DNA of 52,547 nt from an archaeon (lineage in GTDB: Archaea > Thermoproteota > Thermoprotei > Thermofilales > JAPDKD01), in NCBI GenBank assembly GCA_029258735.1, contig JAPDKD010000002.1:1-52547 (forward strand), in the 5' to 3' direction. Below the pieces are notes generated by a model. The model made no database searches and was not told the origin of the DNA. It saw only the letters and a program-made list of their open reading frames with translations. The first letter of the stretch is position 1. Every line of letters starts with the position of its first letter. The position numbers were made by a program, and so were the translations under genes. Positions 1 to 9,199 of this stretch are shown here, piece by piece.

Positions 1-153
1 GTGGAAGGTGTCTTGAAGGTTGCCCATTTCGTCTCTTGTTACGACATTTTTTATGGTTAATATGTATCCGTTAGCGTAAGCGAGCGATGCTAGAAATACA
101 GCGACTATAAGAGCCATGAACGTGATTTTTATGAATGGATACTTTTTAGCCAT
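1..153 (-). CDS. Secreted protein, N-terminal part (runs off the window)
   Basis: Hand translation MAKKYPFIKITFMALIVAVFLASLAYANGYILTIKNVVTRDEMGNLQDTFH; signal peptide ending AYA; GAGGGGAG upstream of the ATG. Confidence 0.75.
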   Translation of the reverse strand, partial: MAKKYPFIKITFMALIVAVFLASLAYANGYILTIKNVVTRDEMGNLQDTFH

Positions 154-306
154 AATCTCCCCTCTTTTTGGTAGACATTTTAATCTTGCAGTTCGTAGTA
201 ATAAGCTTTTTTTCTTTTAATAATTAGAATATTTATTATTGACCTGGTCCTATTATGTTTTATTAGCATAAAATAGATTTTTTGATTTTTGTTGAAAACC
301 TTTATC

Positions 307-750
307 TCAATGTTTGGTCACGTATATTTGTACTTGGTTGAGCGGAGTTTGGCTGCTTGGTAGTGTAGCTACTACCTTATATGTGCCTGGGGTGATATGT
401 TCGGGTAGCTGGGATATTACTGTCGTGCATTTTCTTCCTTCCATGTTTAGCAGGATGCTTGCGATAGTTTTGCCTTCTTTGTTAAGTATTTTTACTTGGA
501 ACTTGTCTGACAGTGCTTTTGAGGCTTCGTCTTTGTAGCATATTGTTATGTGGAGTTCTTCTCCTACGGTGTATACGTATTTTTTTAGGCGTATTTCGAT
601 CGGCTGCTTAACAAATATTTGAAGGATGTTTTGGTAGTTGACTGCAACGTAAGCTGTAAGTATTATGATGGCGGTTAACGCGGCCAACTTTAGAGGTGTT
701 ATCTCTATTTCGATTACTATTTCCTCCTCATCTCTGGTTCTATTCTCCAA
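307..750 (-). CDS. Membrane-anchored protein with probable Ig-like beta-sandwich domain
   Basis: One N-terminal TM helix; 'KYVYTVGEELHI...PGTYKVVA' pattern typical of Ig-like domains. Confidence 0.6.
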   Translation of the reverse strand: MENRTRDEEEIVIEIEITPLKLAALTAIIILTAYVAVNYQNILQIFVKQPIEIRLKKYVYTVGEELHITICYKDEASKALSDKFQVKILNKEGKTIASILLNMEGRKCTTVISQLPEHITPGTYKVVATLPSSQTPLNQVQIYVTKH

Positions 751-958
751 AGTTTCTCACAGTGTTTACTTGCTTATGTGCTTTAATTTTTTAGGCTTTA
801 ATAATGTATGCTTGCGCCTTGATTTATTATTGTTTAACTTTTTTGCTTTGTCTTTATTCATAGAAGGCTTAATTTATCGTTGAAGCGGGAAGATTAGGTT
901 TGACATTTTAAATAATGTTTTTAAGAAGTTTGTTTGAAGTATTTATTGAGGTGTCGTT

Positions 959-1711
959 TTGCCGAGTAGGGCTGTTGAGGCAATGCTTTTGCTTACTCTC
1001 GGCTTAGCGGCTACTATTGTGGCTTACGCTACTTTTCACGCTTATTTGTCTCCTATGCGTGCTCCGAGGCTTGACGTGGTAAAGGCTAATATTGAAAGTT
1101 TGGCTAAGATTTTAGATAGGGAGCATGGGAAGTTCAAGTCTTTGACTCTTTACAAGTTTAAGTCTGAAGGGGTTCCTTGCACTTTAAATCTTAAGCTTTA
1201 CGATTCTAAGGGTCGTGAGTTAGTGGATGTAACTTATCATTTCTTTTTGCCTCTTGTCAACACGACTATTGATGCTAGGCCTGATACGCGCCTTCTTCTT
1301 CGAGGGGGCTTACTTCCATATGCTAATACTTCGGCTTCGACTGTGGTCATGGTTTACGGGGATGTCGTTGAGATTATGCCTAGGCCTGTAATTCAAGTAG
1401 AGGATTGCAGCTATTATAGCTATCAGTGCAGGTATGTTCATATAATTTTTCCGGTGTTAAAGCTGGAGAGAGCCGGTAAGATTTATGGCGAGGTAGCTGT
1501 GGGGAAGAATCAAATCGTAGATTTTTACCTTAATCGTAGTATTACTCCTCCCGCAGTCACGTGGTACGGGCAGAAGCTCGTTATTCATGTTGAAGTGGAT
1601 AAGGAGGACATTTTCGGTAACAAGATGGCTGAGGATCTAATTATTGATTTGGGTGTTGAGGGGGTTTTTAAGGTATGCTATAGTTTTAATGAGATAGTGT
1701 TAAAGTCGTGA
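959..1711 (+). CDS. Hypothetical N-terminally anchored surface protein
   Basis: 250 aa ORF, GAGGTG SD before TTG, hydrophobic N-terminus, beta-rich body. Confidence 0.7.
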   Translation: MPSRAVEAMLLLTLGLAATIVAYATFHAYLSPMRAPRLDVVKANIESLAKILDREHGKFKSLTLYKFKSEGVPCTLNLKLYDSKGRELVDVTYHFFLPLVNTTIDARPDTRLLLRGGLLPYANTSASTVVMVYGDVVEIMPRPVIQVEDCSYYSYQCRYVHIIFPVLKLERAGKIYGEVAVGKNQIVDFYLNRSITPPAVTWYGQKLVIHVEVDKEDIFGNKMAEDLIIDLGVEGVFKVCYSFNEIVLKS

Positions 1712-1849
1712 TTTGAAGGAATAGTGAGGAATGTTTACTGTGGTTTTTGTTTCCTGTAATTTTTTGCTCTCGCATTTTTCTTTCTGCTTCTGATGGCTCT
1801 GGCTGTTAGGAACCAGTAAAAAGCTTCAAAGCTTAAGCCCGCATAAAGC

Positions 1850-1993
1850 TGGGGCCGGGGCAAGGCGCGTGTTTTATGGGCCCAGAGCCCGACACATAAA
1901 CTGCCCAAAGCCCGCGGCAACCGTGATTCCAGGAACCTGGGCCCAAGAGCCCGAACAGGAAAATGCGGGAAGCCGCGGGCAACCCCGGCCCCA
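1850..1993 (+). ncRNA. Candidate IS110 bridge RNA (two-loop structured leader)
   Basis: 11-bp outer stem 1850-1860/1983-1993; 9-bp stem 1910-1918/1972-1980; two copies of TGGGCCCA(A)GAGCCCGA hairpin at 1877-1892 and 1938-1954; lies just upstream of the recombinase ATG at 2007. Confidence 0.6.
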
Positions 1994-2006
1994 AGTGCAT
2001 ATACGC

Positions 2007-2740
2007 ATGAAGGCTGAAAAATGCGTCGCCGGGTGCGACCTGCACAGGGACTTCGTAGCGGTAGCCTACGTATCGCTCAGAGGAGAAGCGCTGGCAGAGA
2101 AGCGCTACCCGGTCACGCTCGCAGGCATGGCGGCCCTAACCCTCGACCTCGCAGCCCTAGCTGCAGGCGCCTAGCCGTGGAAAGCGTCGGCCACTTCTGG
2201 CCCCACTTCCTCTACACCCTGCAGAAGCTCTATCACAAAGCCTGCGGCCGCAGGCTCGCAGCCCTGCTCGTAAACCCTCTCTCGACGAGGAGCTTCGGCA
2301 AGAAGACGGACACGCTCGACACCGAGCGCATAGCCAGGCTCCTGCTCGCGGGCAACCTTATCGCGAGCAACATACCCCCGACGCTCGAAGCCATGCTGTT
2401 CAAGCTCCTCTGCAGGCTCCGCCGCAGGCTGGCCCAACGCCGCTTCCCCAGCGCCAAGCACTACAAGAGCTACTGCGGCCTCGCGCCCAAGCTTAGGGAG
2501 AGCGGCGGCAAGGCCAGGCTCGGCAGGTGCGGCCTCGGCAACCCGGCGCTGCGCTGGGCCTTCTACATGACCGCCGTGGGCGCGGTGCGCAGCGACCCTG
2601 AGCTTAAGGCCTTCTACGAGAGGCTTTTGGCGAGGGGTAAGCCTAGGCGCGTCGCGTTGGTGCTGTCGCTGGTAAGCTTGCGAGGCGCTGCTGGGCTGTC
2701 CTGCGGAGCGGGGAGCCTTACAGGCGTCGCCGCTAAGTAA
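2007..2740 (+). pseudogene. IS110-family DEDD recombinase/transposase, frameshifted and lacking the central region
   Basis: GCDLH (D), AVES (E), VNP, KTDTLD (DD), then RFPSA..YCGLAP..RESGG..GNPALRWAFY; frameshifts near 2160, 2662 and 2713; coiled-coil and IPGIG segment absent between RLRRRLAQ and RRFPSA. Confidence 0.9.
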
Positions 2741-2743
2741 GTA

Positions 2744-2767
2744 GGGGTTCGCTAAAAGCCGAACCCC
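2744..2767 (+). other. GC hairpin in the IS right end
   Basis: GGGGTTCG...CGAACCCC perfect 8-bp inverted repeat. Confidence 0.6.
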
Positions 2768-2799
2768 ACGGCTAACCCAGCCCACCGGCTAATGGCCGT

Positions 2800-3372
2800 T
2801 TATGTTATTTCTCGTTTTAGTTTATACGGTTTCCAGCCGTGTTTTTCGCGCCAATTGTTAATTAGTTCTATTGCTTTTTTCTTTTCTTCTACTGGCATTT
2901 TCTTCGATTTAAGTACGCCCATGAAGAGGGCAAAACATCGTGCATTTATTGTTCTACGTGAGATGCCATGCTCGAGATCTTCGTCCATCTCCTTAAGTAT
3001 TTCCTCTACTTCCTTTGCATGCGAGAGACCTTTCGGTCCCACGTCTTTTACCTGGGTGCCTAGATACACTTTGCCTTTCTCCACTACGACGTATTTGCCA
3101 TCTTCGAAGGTTATCCTGCCCTTAACTATTCGGTCGTAGAAGCGCCAAGCCTCAGCGGCTTCTGGCTTCTTTTCGTTAAGCTTGATTAGAACCATTCTCC
3201 GAATTTCGGATGTGGGTATTCCATCATAAACCCGCTTTTCAACATAGTTTGCTATTTGTTTAGCTAGCCTTTTTGAAGCGCCGGCTGCAACCATGCTATC
3301 AATTAACTTGTTTTTATCAAATTCTTCGAGCGACCCGTCAGCCTTTTTTACTTTGACCTTTTTCTCGCTCAT
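2800..3372 (-). CDS. ATP-cone domain protein
   Basis: VKKADGSLEEFDKNKLIDSM...TSEIRRMVL ATP-cone signature; likely start MSEKK at 3372. Confidence 0.85.
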   Translation of the reverse strand: MSEKKVKVKKADGSLEEFDKNKLIDSMVAAGASKRLAKQIANYVEKRVYDGIPTSEIRRMVLIKLNEKKPEAAEAWRFYDRIVKGRITFEDGKYVVVEKGKVYLGTQVKDVGPKGLSHAKEVEEILKEMDEDLEHGISRRTINARCFALFMGVLKSKKMPVEEKKKAIELINNWREKHGWKPYKLKREIT

Positions 3373-3414
3373 ATGTGATAATATCAATACTAACCATTAA
3401 TTTTTTCTCTCAAA

Positions 3415-4074
3415 TTATGCGAATGAAAGTTCTTTTGCAATTCTTATTCCATAGCTGAGGGCAGTTTTTACGCCATTTATGGGTACGTTGAGTTCACTTA
3501 TTTTTGCCTGATATCTGAATTGTCTTCCAAGAACATTCAGAACTCCACTTTGAGTATTTACTAAAACAGGCGCTTTCAGACTTTTTGCTAGAGCGCCTGC
3601 AAGACTCGCTACCTTATTAGCTACCTTTTTGACCTTCTCTCCGCTTTCTAGCAGCATTTTAAGCTGGCCGGCTTCAATGTAGGCATAAATATTCATCGGA
3701 GAATAGCTTATCCGAGGAACATAAAAGTTTAAGTCAAGCAGAAAATAGTTTTTTCCTCCTCTCTTTAAATTGAGATCGAGCACTATATTTCCCTCTCTTA
3801 ACATTATTATCCATCGAGTTTCAGTAAGTTTGTGTATCGATTGAGCATAAGGTTTAATCAAAGCTTCAAGGTAACCAGCCATCCTCCTATATCTTTTAAG
3901 TCCAAAGTATATGGAAAGTAAAGCTATTATCGATATTAGAATTAGTGAAGCTCTAATAATTACAGAAAATGCGTCTCTACCAGAAATAAAAGCCGCTAGC
4001 ACAACAGCTACAACAGCTATAAATGCCAAGCTAAAAGTTTCCACAAACAGCGGCGTGCTCATCCTTTTCTGCAT
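3415..4074 (-). CDS. Hypothetical membrane protein (2 N-terminal TM)
   Basis: 219 aa ORF with two hydrophobic helices. Confidence 0.7.
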   Translation of the reverse strand: MQKRMSTPLFVETFSLAFIAVVAVVLAAFISGRDAFSVIIRASLILISIIALLSIYFGLKRYRRMAGYLEALIKPYAQSIHKLTETRWIIMLREGNIVLDLNLKRGGKNYFLLDLNFYVPRISYSPMNIYAYIEAGQLKMLLESGEKVKKVANKVASLAGALAKSLKAPVLVNTQSGVLNVLGRQFRYQAKISELNVPINGVKTALSYGIRIAKELSFA

Positions 4075-4215
4075 GGCAACGTCCCTTCTATTACCTCACA
4101 GAACTATAGCATTAAACTAAAAGCCAATTATATCTCTTCCCTTACCATGTTAGCAAGGCGTACAATACTTAGAACATAAGTAGACGTAATAACTACGTCG
4201 GATAATTTAATTTCG

Positions 4216-4983
4216 ATGACTATGAAAAATCTATATAAGCACTTGCTAGTGGGCATCATAATAATAGCAGTAGCCCTAGTCATATTAAATCTTTATAAGG
4301 TTGAAAAACAAGGCATACAAAGCTCTGGCGATCTATCACCTGAAGTTAGAAGTTCACCCATCTACAACGGAACCACGCTCATAAAGGTTACAGGCATTGG
4401 CAGCATAAAAGCAAAGCCAAATACAATTTACATAAGTCTGATTATTGAGGTACAGGCTGACACTCCTGGCGAGGCGTTAAGTAAAGCAACAAGCCGAGCA
4501 AATCAGCTAATAAGTTACCTGAAGGATAAGGGAGTACAAGACCAAAACATAACGACAACAAGCGTTGCACTTACGCCAGTATACGACTACGACCAAAAAC
4601 CACCTAAAATCGTCGCATATAAGGCTTATTACTCACTTCGTGTGCGCCTCACTGACCTAAAGTTGGCAGGAGAAATCCTGGGCGACGCCATATATCATGG
4701 AGCTACAGGGTTAGGACAGATATCCTTCGGAATTTCTGAAGAAAAAAGTAAAGAGCTAAGGCTACAAGCCATAAAACTAGCCTACGAAAATGCCTTAAAA
4801 ACCGCCGAGGCTCTCGCAGAAGCCGCCGGACTAAGAATAACCGGCATAAAATCTATGAGCGTTCAAAGCGGATATACACCGCCAATATATCATACTAGGG
4901 CGGAAGCAGGATCTGTACCGTTAATGCCCGGCGAAGGACAAGTCTCTGTATCAGTATATGTTGAATTCATAGCTGAACCATAG
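4216..4983 (+). CDS. SIMPL (DUF541) domain protein
   Basis: IKVTGIGSIKAKPN, ITTTSVALTPVYDY, AEALAEAAGLRI, PGEGQVSVSV motifs; N-terminal TM. Confidence 0.9.
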   Translation: MTMKNLYKHLLVGIIIIAVALVILNLYKVEKQGIQSSGDLSPEVRSSPIYNGTTLIKVTGIGSIKAKPNTIYISLIIEVQADTPGEALSKATSRANQLISYLKDKGVQDQNITTTSVALTPVYDYDQKPPKIVAYKAYYSLRVRLTDLKLAGEILGDAIYHGATGLGQISFGISEEKSKELRLQAIKLAYENALKTAEALAEAAGLRITGIKSMSVQSGYTPPIYHTRAEAGSVPLMPGEGQVSVSVYVEFIAEP

Positions 4984-5015
4984 AGAATATAAAATGTTCT
5001 TTCTCATTTTTTCTT

Positions 5016-5600
5016 ATGTTTGAAGGCTTGTGGGAATCCTTTATACTGCTTTTTGTGGTCTTCGACGCCATAGGCAACGTCCCCATTTTTTATTCCCTAA
5101 CAATGAGCATGACAGCAGAAGAGCGAAATAAAGCCTTCAAAGTATCCACAATAGTAGCAGGGAGCCTGTTAGTCTTTTTCGCCCTTCTGGGATGGTCCCT
5201 ATTCTCCTTCTACGGCACGGGATTCGAGGATCTCGAAATAGCCGGAGGGCTCCTCCTATTATTCCTAGCGATCGAGGGAGTCCTAGGACGGGTAGAAGCC
5301 GAGACTCTTAGAAGCGAAGACGTAAGCATAGTCCCCATGGCAACACCTCTACTCGCCGGCCCTGGAAGCATATACACAGTTATCTACCTCAGCCAAATAT
5401 ACGGAGAAATTCAAACTTTAATATCGATCATCGCAAACACTCTGTTGGCTTTCATCATACTTAAATTCAGCGATATCATGCTGAGAAAGCTAGGAAGAAA
5501 CCTAATACTAGTCTTCTCCAGAATAATGTCCTTTGTACTAGCCGTAATTGCCGTCTCAATGTTACGCGAAGGGGTTATAACTGTGCTGAGGTCTCTATAG
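5016..5600 (+). CDS. MarC family membrane protein
   Basis: LFVVFDAIGNVPIF, IAGGLLL, VPMATPLLAGPGSI. Confidence 0.93.
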   Translation: MFEGLWESFILLFVVFDAIGNVPIFYSLTMSMTAEERNKAFKVSTIVAGSLLVFFALLGWSLFSFYGTGFEDLEIAGGLLLLFLAIEGVLGRVEAETLRSEDVSIVPMATPLLAGPGSIYTVIYLSQIYGEIQTLISIIANTLLAFIILKFSDIMLRKLGRNLILVFSRIMSFVLAVIAVSMLREGVITVLRSL

Positions 5601-5648
5601 CCGACACGCTAAAATAGCTAGAAAGCCTTTTTCTTGTGGTGCTATAAT

Positions 5649-7556
5649 GTGAAAACCAGTTTCATTTTTGTAGTGCATTTTCACCAGCCAGTTGGACAAC
5701 TAAGCAGCGTTTTTCACCGCGTACAGCGCAACTCCTACCTGCTTCTCACTAAAATTTTCGAACGATTTCCCGAGATGAGGCTAACTCTGCACTTCTCCGG
5801 CCCCCTACTTCTGATGTGGAGAAAGCACTATCCAGGATACTTAGAGCGCCTCAAGAGGCTTATTAGCAGAGGCAATATAGAGGTGCTTGGAGGCAGCTAC
5901 TCTGAAGCTCCACTCCCTCTATTGCCTTTCGAGGATAGAGTAACACAGTTAAGAGCTGGACGGAGACTTGTGGAAGAACTTTTAGGTGCGCGTCCTAAGG
6001 GAGCTTGGCTTGCGGAGCGCATATGGGATCCCACTTTGCCAGCAGCACTGTGGGAGGCCGGATACCAATACGTCGTAGTTGACGATGAAGTGGGCTATCG
6101 CATCGGGCTAAGTGAAAAAGACGTACATCGGGCATGGCTTACCGAGTACTCAGGAAGAAGCCTTGGAGTATTTTTTATAGATGCGAGAGTCCGCTATATT
6201 CTGCCTTGGAAAAGCCCCGAAGAAGTTCTAGAATATCTTAAAAATTACGCTGATGCTGAAGGAAGCCTATACGTTTTATGGGGGAGTGATGCTGAAAAGT
6301 TCGGCGAGTGGTGGAACGCTAGTGACGCGGAGAAGTGGCTCACAAAGTTCTTCGAAATGTTGAAGAGCAATCATGCCGTAGAAACATCAACTCCTCAACG
6401 ATACTTAGCATCTAAGGGCTACAGAGGGCTCGTCTACCTGCCGCCTGGAAGCTACGATAAAATGCAGGAGTGGAGCGGGGGATACTTCCCTAACTTCCTG
6501 AGAAATTATAGGGAAAGCAACAACATGCACAAGAAAATGCTATGGGTGAGAAGGAAAATTTCTCGCCTCAGAGAGGATCATCCAGCCTACGAGGAGTATA
6601 TGCTTGGACAGTGCAACGATGCTTACTGGCACGGGCTTTTCGGAGGCATATACTTACCATTTCTGAGGCAAAGCGTGTACGAGCACTTAATACGAGCCGA
6701 GAGAATGGCTGAAGAAGCCCTTGAAGCCGAAAATGTCAGGATTGTAGAAACGGATTTTGACTATGACGGGGAGATGGAGCTTCTCCTAGAGTCTAAGCGG
6801 ATGAACGCCTACGTGAAGCCCTCCGACGGGGGAAGCCTCTTCGAGCTCGACATCAAGCTTGAAGGATACGAACATAACTTCCAAGCTACAATGTCGAGAT
6901 ACATGGAAAGCTATTTAGAAAACGTCTCGGACTTTCGCCCAGACTGGTACAGGCGAGTAAGCTTTAGAGACCACGTTTGGAGAGAAGGTGTAACCATAAA
7001 TGATTGGACCGGAAATACCCCATACATAGACACTAGCGACCTAGCCCTCGGCAGAAACATCTACTACATTAAAGAGGACGAGGTTCACGTGATGTTTACA
7101 GGTAAAGAGTGGAGCCTAAATAAGCCGCGGCTTATTTTTGTGGAGAAAACTTACAGGCTGGAGACTAACGGCTTACAGGTAAAATATAGGGTAAAAAATA
7201 TCGAAAAATCAAGCGTGCATTATCTATTCTCTACAGAGTTAACGTTTCTCCCCCGTCTTCCTGAGGAAGGAGTAAAAGTAGGATACGGCATTAATGGAGA
7301 ATATAAATGCATAGAAGACACGGCTGCGGTCGAAAAAGCAAACGAAGTATCTCTGATAACCGAAGGTTACCCGCGGCTAATCATAAAAAGTGAAGCAAGA
7401 GCCTACGTATGGGCGGCCCCGCTTCACAGCTTATCTATGACCGAAAAAGGTCCAAGAAAAATGTTTCAGGGACTCGGCATCCTTTTCAATTATCCTCTAG
7501 ACCTAGAAGCCGGGCAGGAATTTTTCAACACGTTCAATGTAGAGATTGAGGGGTGA
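5649..7556 (+). CDS. GH57 4-alpha-glucanotransferase/alpha-amylase
   Basis: HFHQP, WLAERIW, GSDAEKFG, QCNDAYWHGLFGG conserved regions; DFDYDG C-terminal domain; probable GTG start 5649. Confidence 0.93.
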   Translation: MKTSFIFVVHFHQPVGQLSSVFHRVQRNSYLLLTKIFERFPEMRLTLHFSGPLLLMWRKHYPGYLERLKRLISRGNIEVLGGSYSEAPLPLLPFEDRVTQLRAGRRLVEELLGARPKGAWLAERIWDPTLPAALWEAGYQYVVVDDEVGYRIGLSEKDVHRAWLTEYSGRSLGVFFIDARVRYILPWKSPEEVLEYLKNYADAEGSLYVLWGSDAEKFGEWWNASDAEKWLTKFFEMLKSNHAVETSTPQRYLASKGYRGLVYLPPGSYDKMQEWSGGYFPNFLRNYRESNNMHKKMLWVRRKISRLREDHPAYEEYMLGQCNDAYWHGLFGGIYLPFLRQSVYEHLIRAERMAEEALEAENVRIVETDFDYDGEMELLLESKRMNAYVKPSDGGSLFELDIKLEGYEHNFQATMSRYMESYLENVSDFRPDWYRRVSFRDHVWREGVTINDWTGNTPYIDTSDLALGRNIYYIKEDEVHVMFTGKEWSLNKPRLIFVEKTYRLETNGLQVKYRVKNIEKSSVHYLFSTELTFLPRLPEEGVKVGYGINGEYKCIEDTAAVEKANEVSLITEGYPRLIIKSEARAYVWAAPLHSLSMTEKGPRKMFQGLGILFNYPLDLEAGQEFFNTFNVEIEG

Positions 7557-9199
7557 GACCTTTGGCGAACGAGATAAAAAATGTCTGGATGACAACCTTT
7601 GAAGCAAAGCCCTTTGCAAAGGTTGGAGGACTAGGCGAAGTGCCACCAAACCTTTCCCGTGGACTAGTAAGCTTAGGAGTAAAAGCTACAATAATAATGC
7701 CGACGCACGGCACAGTTGAAGGACGCCCCCAGCTAGAGTTGGAAGGCTACGGCCCAGTTTACATTCGGGAGTGGAAGGGCGTCAAGTTCCTATTGGTTGG
7801 AGGCGGCCCGCTTTCAAGGCCAGGCGTATACGATCCGGCCAGCCTCAAAGAAAAGATATACGCCTTTTCGAAATGCGTTGAGCAATTACTTCTCAAACAT
7901 GAAAAACTAGGACTTGAAGCGCCAGATATAGTGCACTTCCACGATTGGCACAGTGTTTTCGCTCTTCTAAGGGCAAAAATAGTCCGTGAAGCAGAGAACC
8001 TGCCCGTAAAATTTGTTTACCACATACATTTGCTAACGCGGGAGAAGATCTCGCTGAACGATGTAGTACAGGCCGGCCTAAACCCAGAACGAGAACACGT
8101 CATCAGTTATAAGGGAAAGAAGCTAAAAGTCACTATTCGGGAAGCCATCGAAATGAGTAAAGGCTTAGCAGAACGCCTAGGCGCCTTAGAAGCCGACAAA
8201 TTCGTCACAGTAAGCAGGACATACTTGCGGGAAGATAAAGACGGCATATTAAACTCCTTAGGCTGGGATCTGGAAAATAAAGGCAGTTACGTATATAACG
8301 GAACAGACTGGCGCTACGAGTCCTCCCTAAAAGAAGTTCTGGAGAAGCACAGAGAAAAGGCCAAAGAATTTCTCGGCAAGGACGAGCTTGGGAGAAACGA
8401 CCTGAGGAGATACTTTCTCCTTAAAGCACTAGGTGAAATGTCGAAAGGCGAACCTAGAGTCTTAGATGAGAAATTGAAGAAAAATCTTGAGCAACTATAC
8501 GCACCCCCATATCTGCCAGATGGGAGGGTTGAAAGCTTCTCCGACGATGGCCCATTAGCCATAATGACTGGTCGAATAGCTGCACAAAAGGGTATCAACA
8601 TCCTACTGGAAGCTATTCCGCTCGTGCTTAGAAAAATAGGCAACGCAAAGTTCGTGCTCCTGCTACTTCCCGTATGGGGCTCCGAAGAATACCTTGAACC
8701 TCTCGTAGAAACGGTGAGAACCTATCCAGAAAATGTACGCGTAATATTCGGCATAGCCCCTAGCATATTCAAGCTAGCCCACGTATCGGCAGACGTTTTC
8801 GTAGCACCGTCCCTCTGGGAGCCCTTCGGAATAATGGCTCTGGAAGGAATGGTTACAGGAAATCCCATAGTAGCATCCAAGGTAGGAGGCCTAAAAGAAA
8901 TAGTACTAGATGTGAGGAAGCATGGCACTAGCGGCACCGGGATCCACGTTACACCGGGCGACCCAATCGAGCTCGCCCAAGCTATAAGTGACTTAATGCT
9001 CGTGATGGAAGCGTCCAGAACTGGAAGTACAATGATAGCCACCAAGATAGAAGACGCCGAGCTGGCTAACCTGCTGTTTACAAATCCGAAGATTGGAAAC
9101 GAGCTGAGAAAGTCGGCGATAAAGAGGGTAGAGCAGGAATTTACGTGGACCAAAGCGGCGGAGATGGCGCTTAATGTCTACCGCTCGATATGCAATTAG
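7553..9199 (+). CDS. glgA: Glycogen synthase (GT5)
   Basis: KVGGLG, HFHDWH, GRIAAQKG, PSLWEPFG, VGGLKE. Confidence 0.93.
   Translation: MRPLANEIKNVWMTTFEAKPFAKVGGLGEVPPNLSRGLVSLGVKATIIMPTHGTVEGRPQLELEGYGPVYIREWKGVKFLLVGGGPLSRPGVYDPASLKEKIYAFSKCVEQLLLKHEKLGLEAPDIVHFHDWHSVFALLRAKIVREAENLPVKFVYHIHLLTREKISLNDVVQAGLNPEREHVISYKGKKLKVTIREAIEMSKGLAERLGALEADKFVTVSRTYLREDKDGILNSLGWDLENKGSYVYNGTDWRYESSLKEVLEKHREKAKEFLGKDELGRNDLRRYFLLKALGEMSKGEPRVLDEKLKKNLEQLYAPPYLPDGRVESFSDDGPLAIMTGRIAAQKGINILLEAIPLVLRKIGNAKFVLLLLPVWGSEEYLEPLVETVRTYPENVRVIFGIAPSIFKLAHVSADVFVAPSLWEPFGIMALEGMVTGNPIVASKVGGLKEIVLDVRKHGTSGTGIHVTPGDPIELAQAISDLMLVMEASRTGSTMIATKIEDAELANLLFTNPKIGNELRKSAIKRVEQEFTWTKAAEMALNVYRSICN

Larger units (their letters stand above)
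1753..2801 (+). mobile_element. IS110-family insertion sequence, internally deleted; ends approximate
   Basis: GC-rich segment ~1835-2798 in lower-GC host DNA carrying IS110 recombinase motifs; no terminal inverted repeats; GTTT core at 1749-1752 (alternative GTTTA 1733-1737) and at 2798-2801. Confidence 0.8.

Noticed and set aside
2171..2785. 204-aa minus-strand ORF in the IS
   Set aside because: Antisense of a GC-rich recombinase gene
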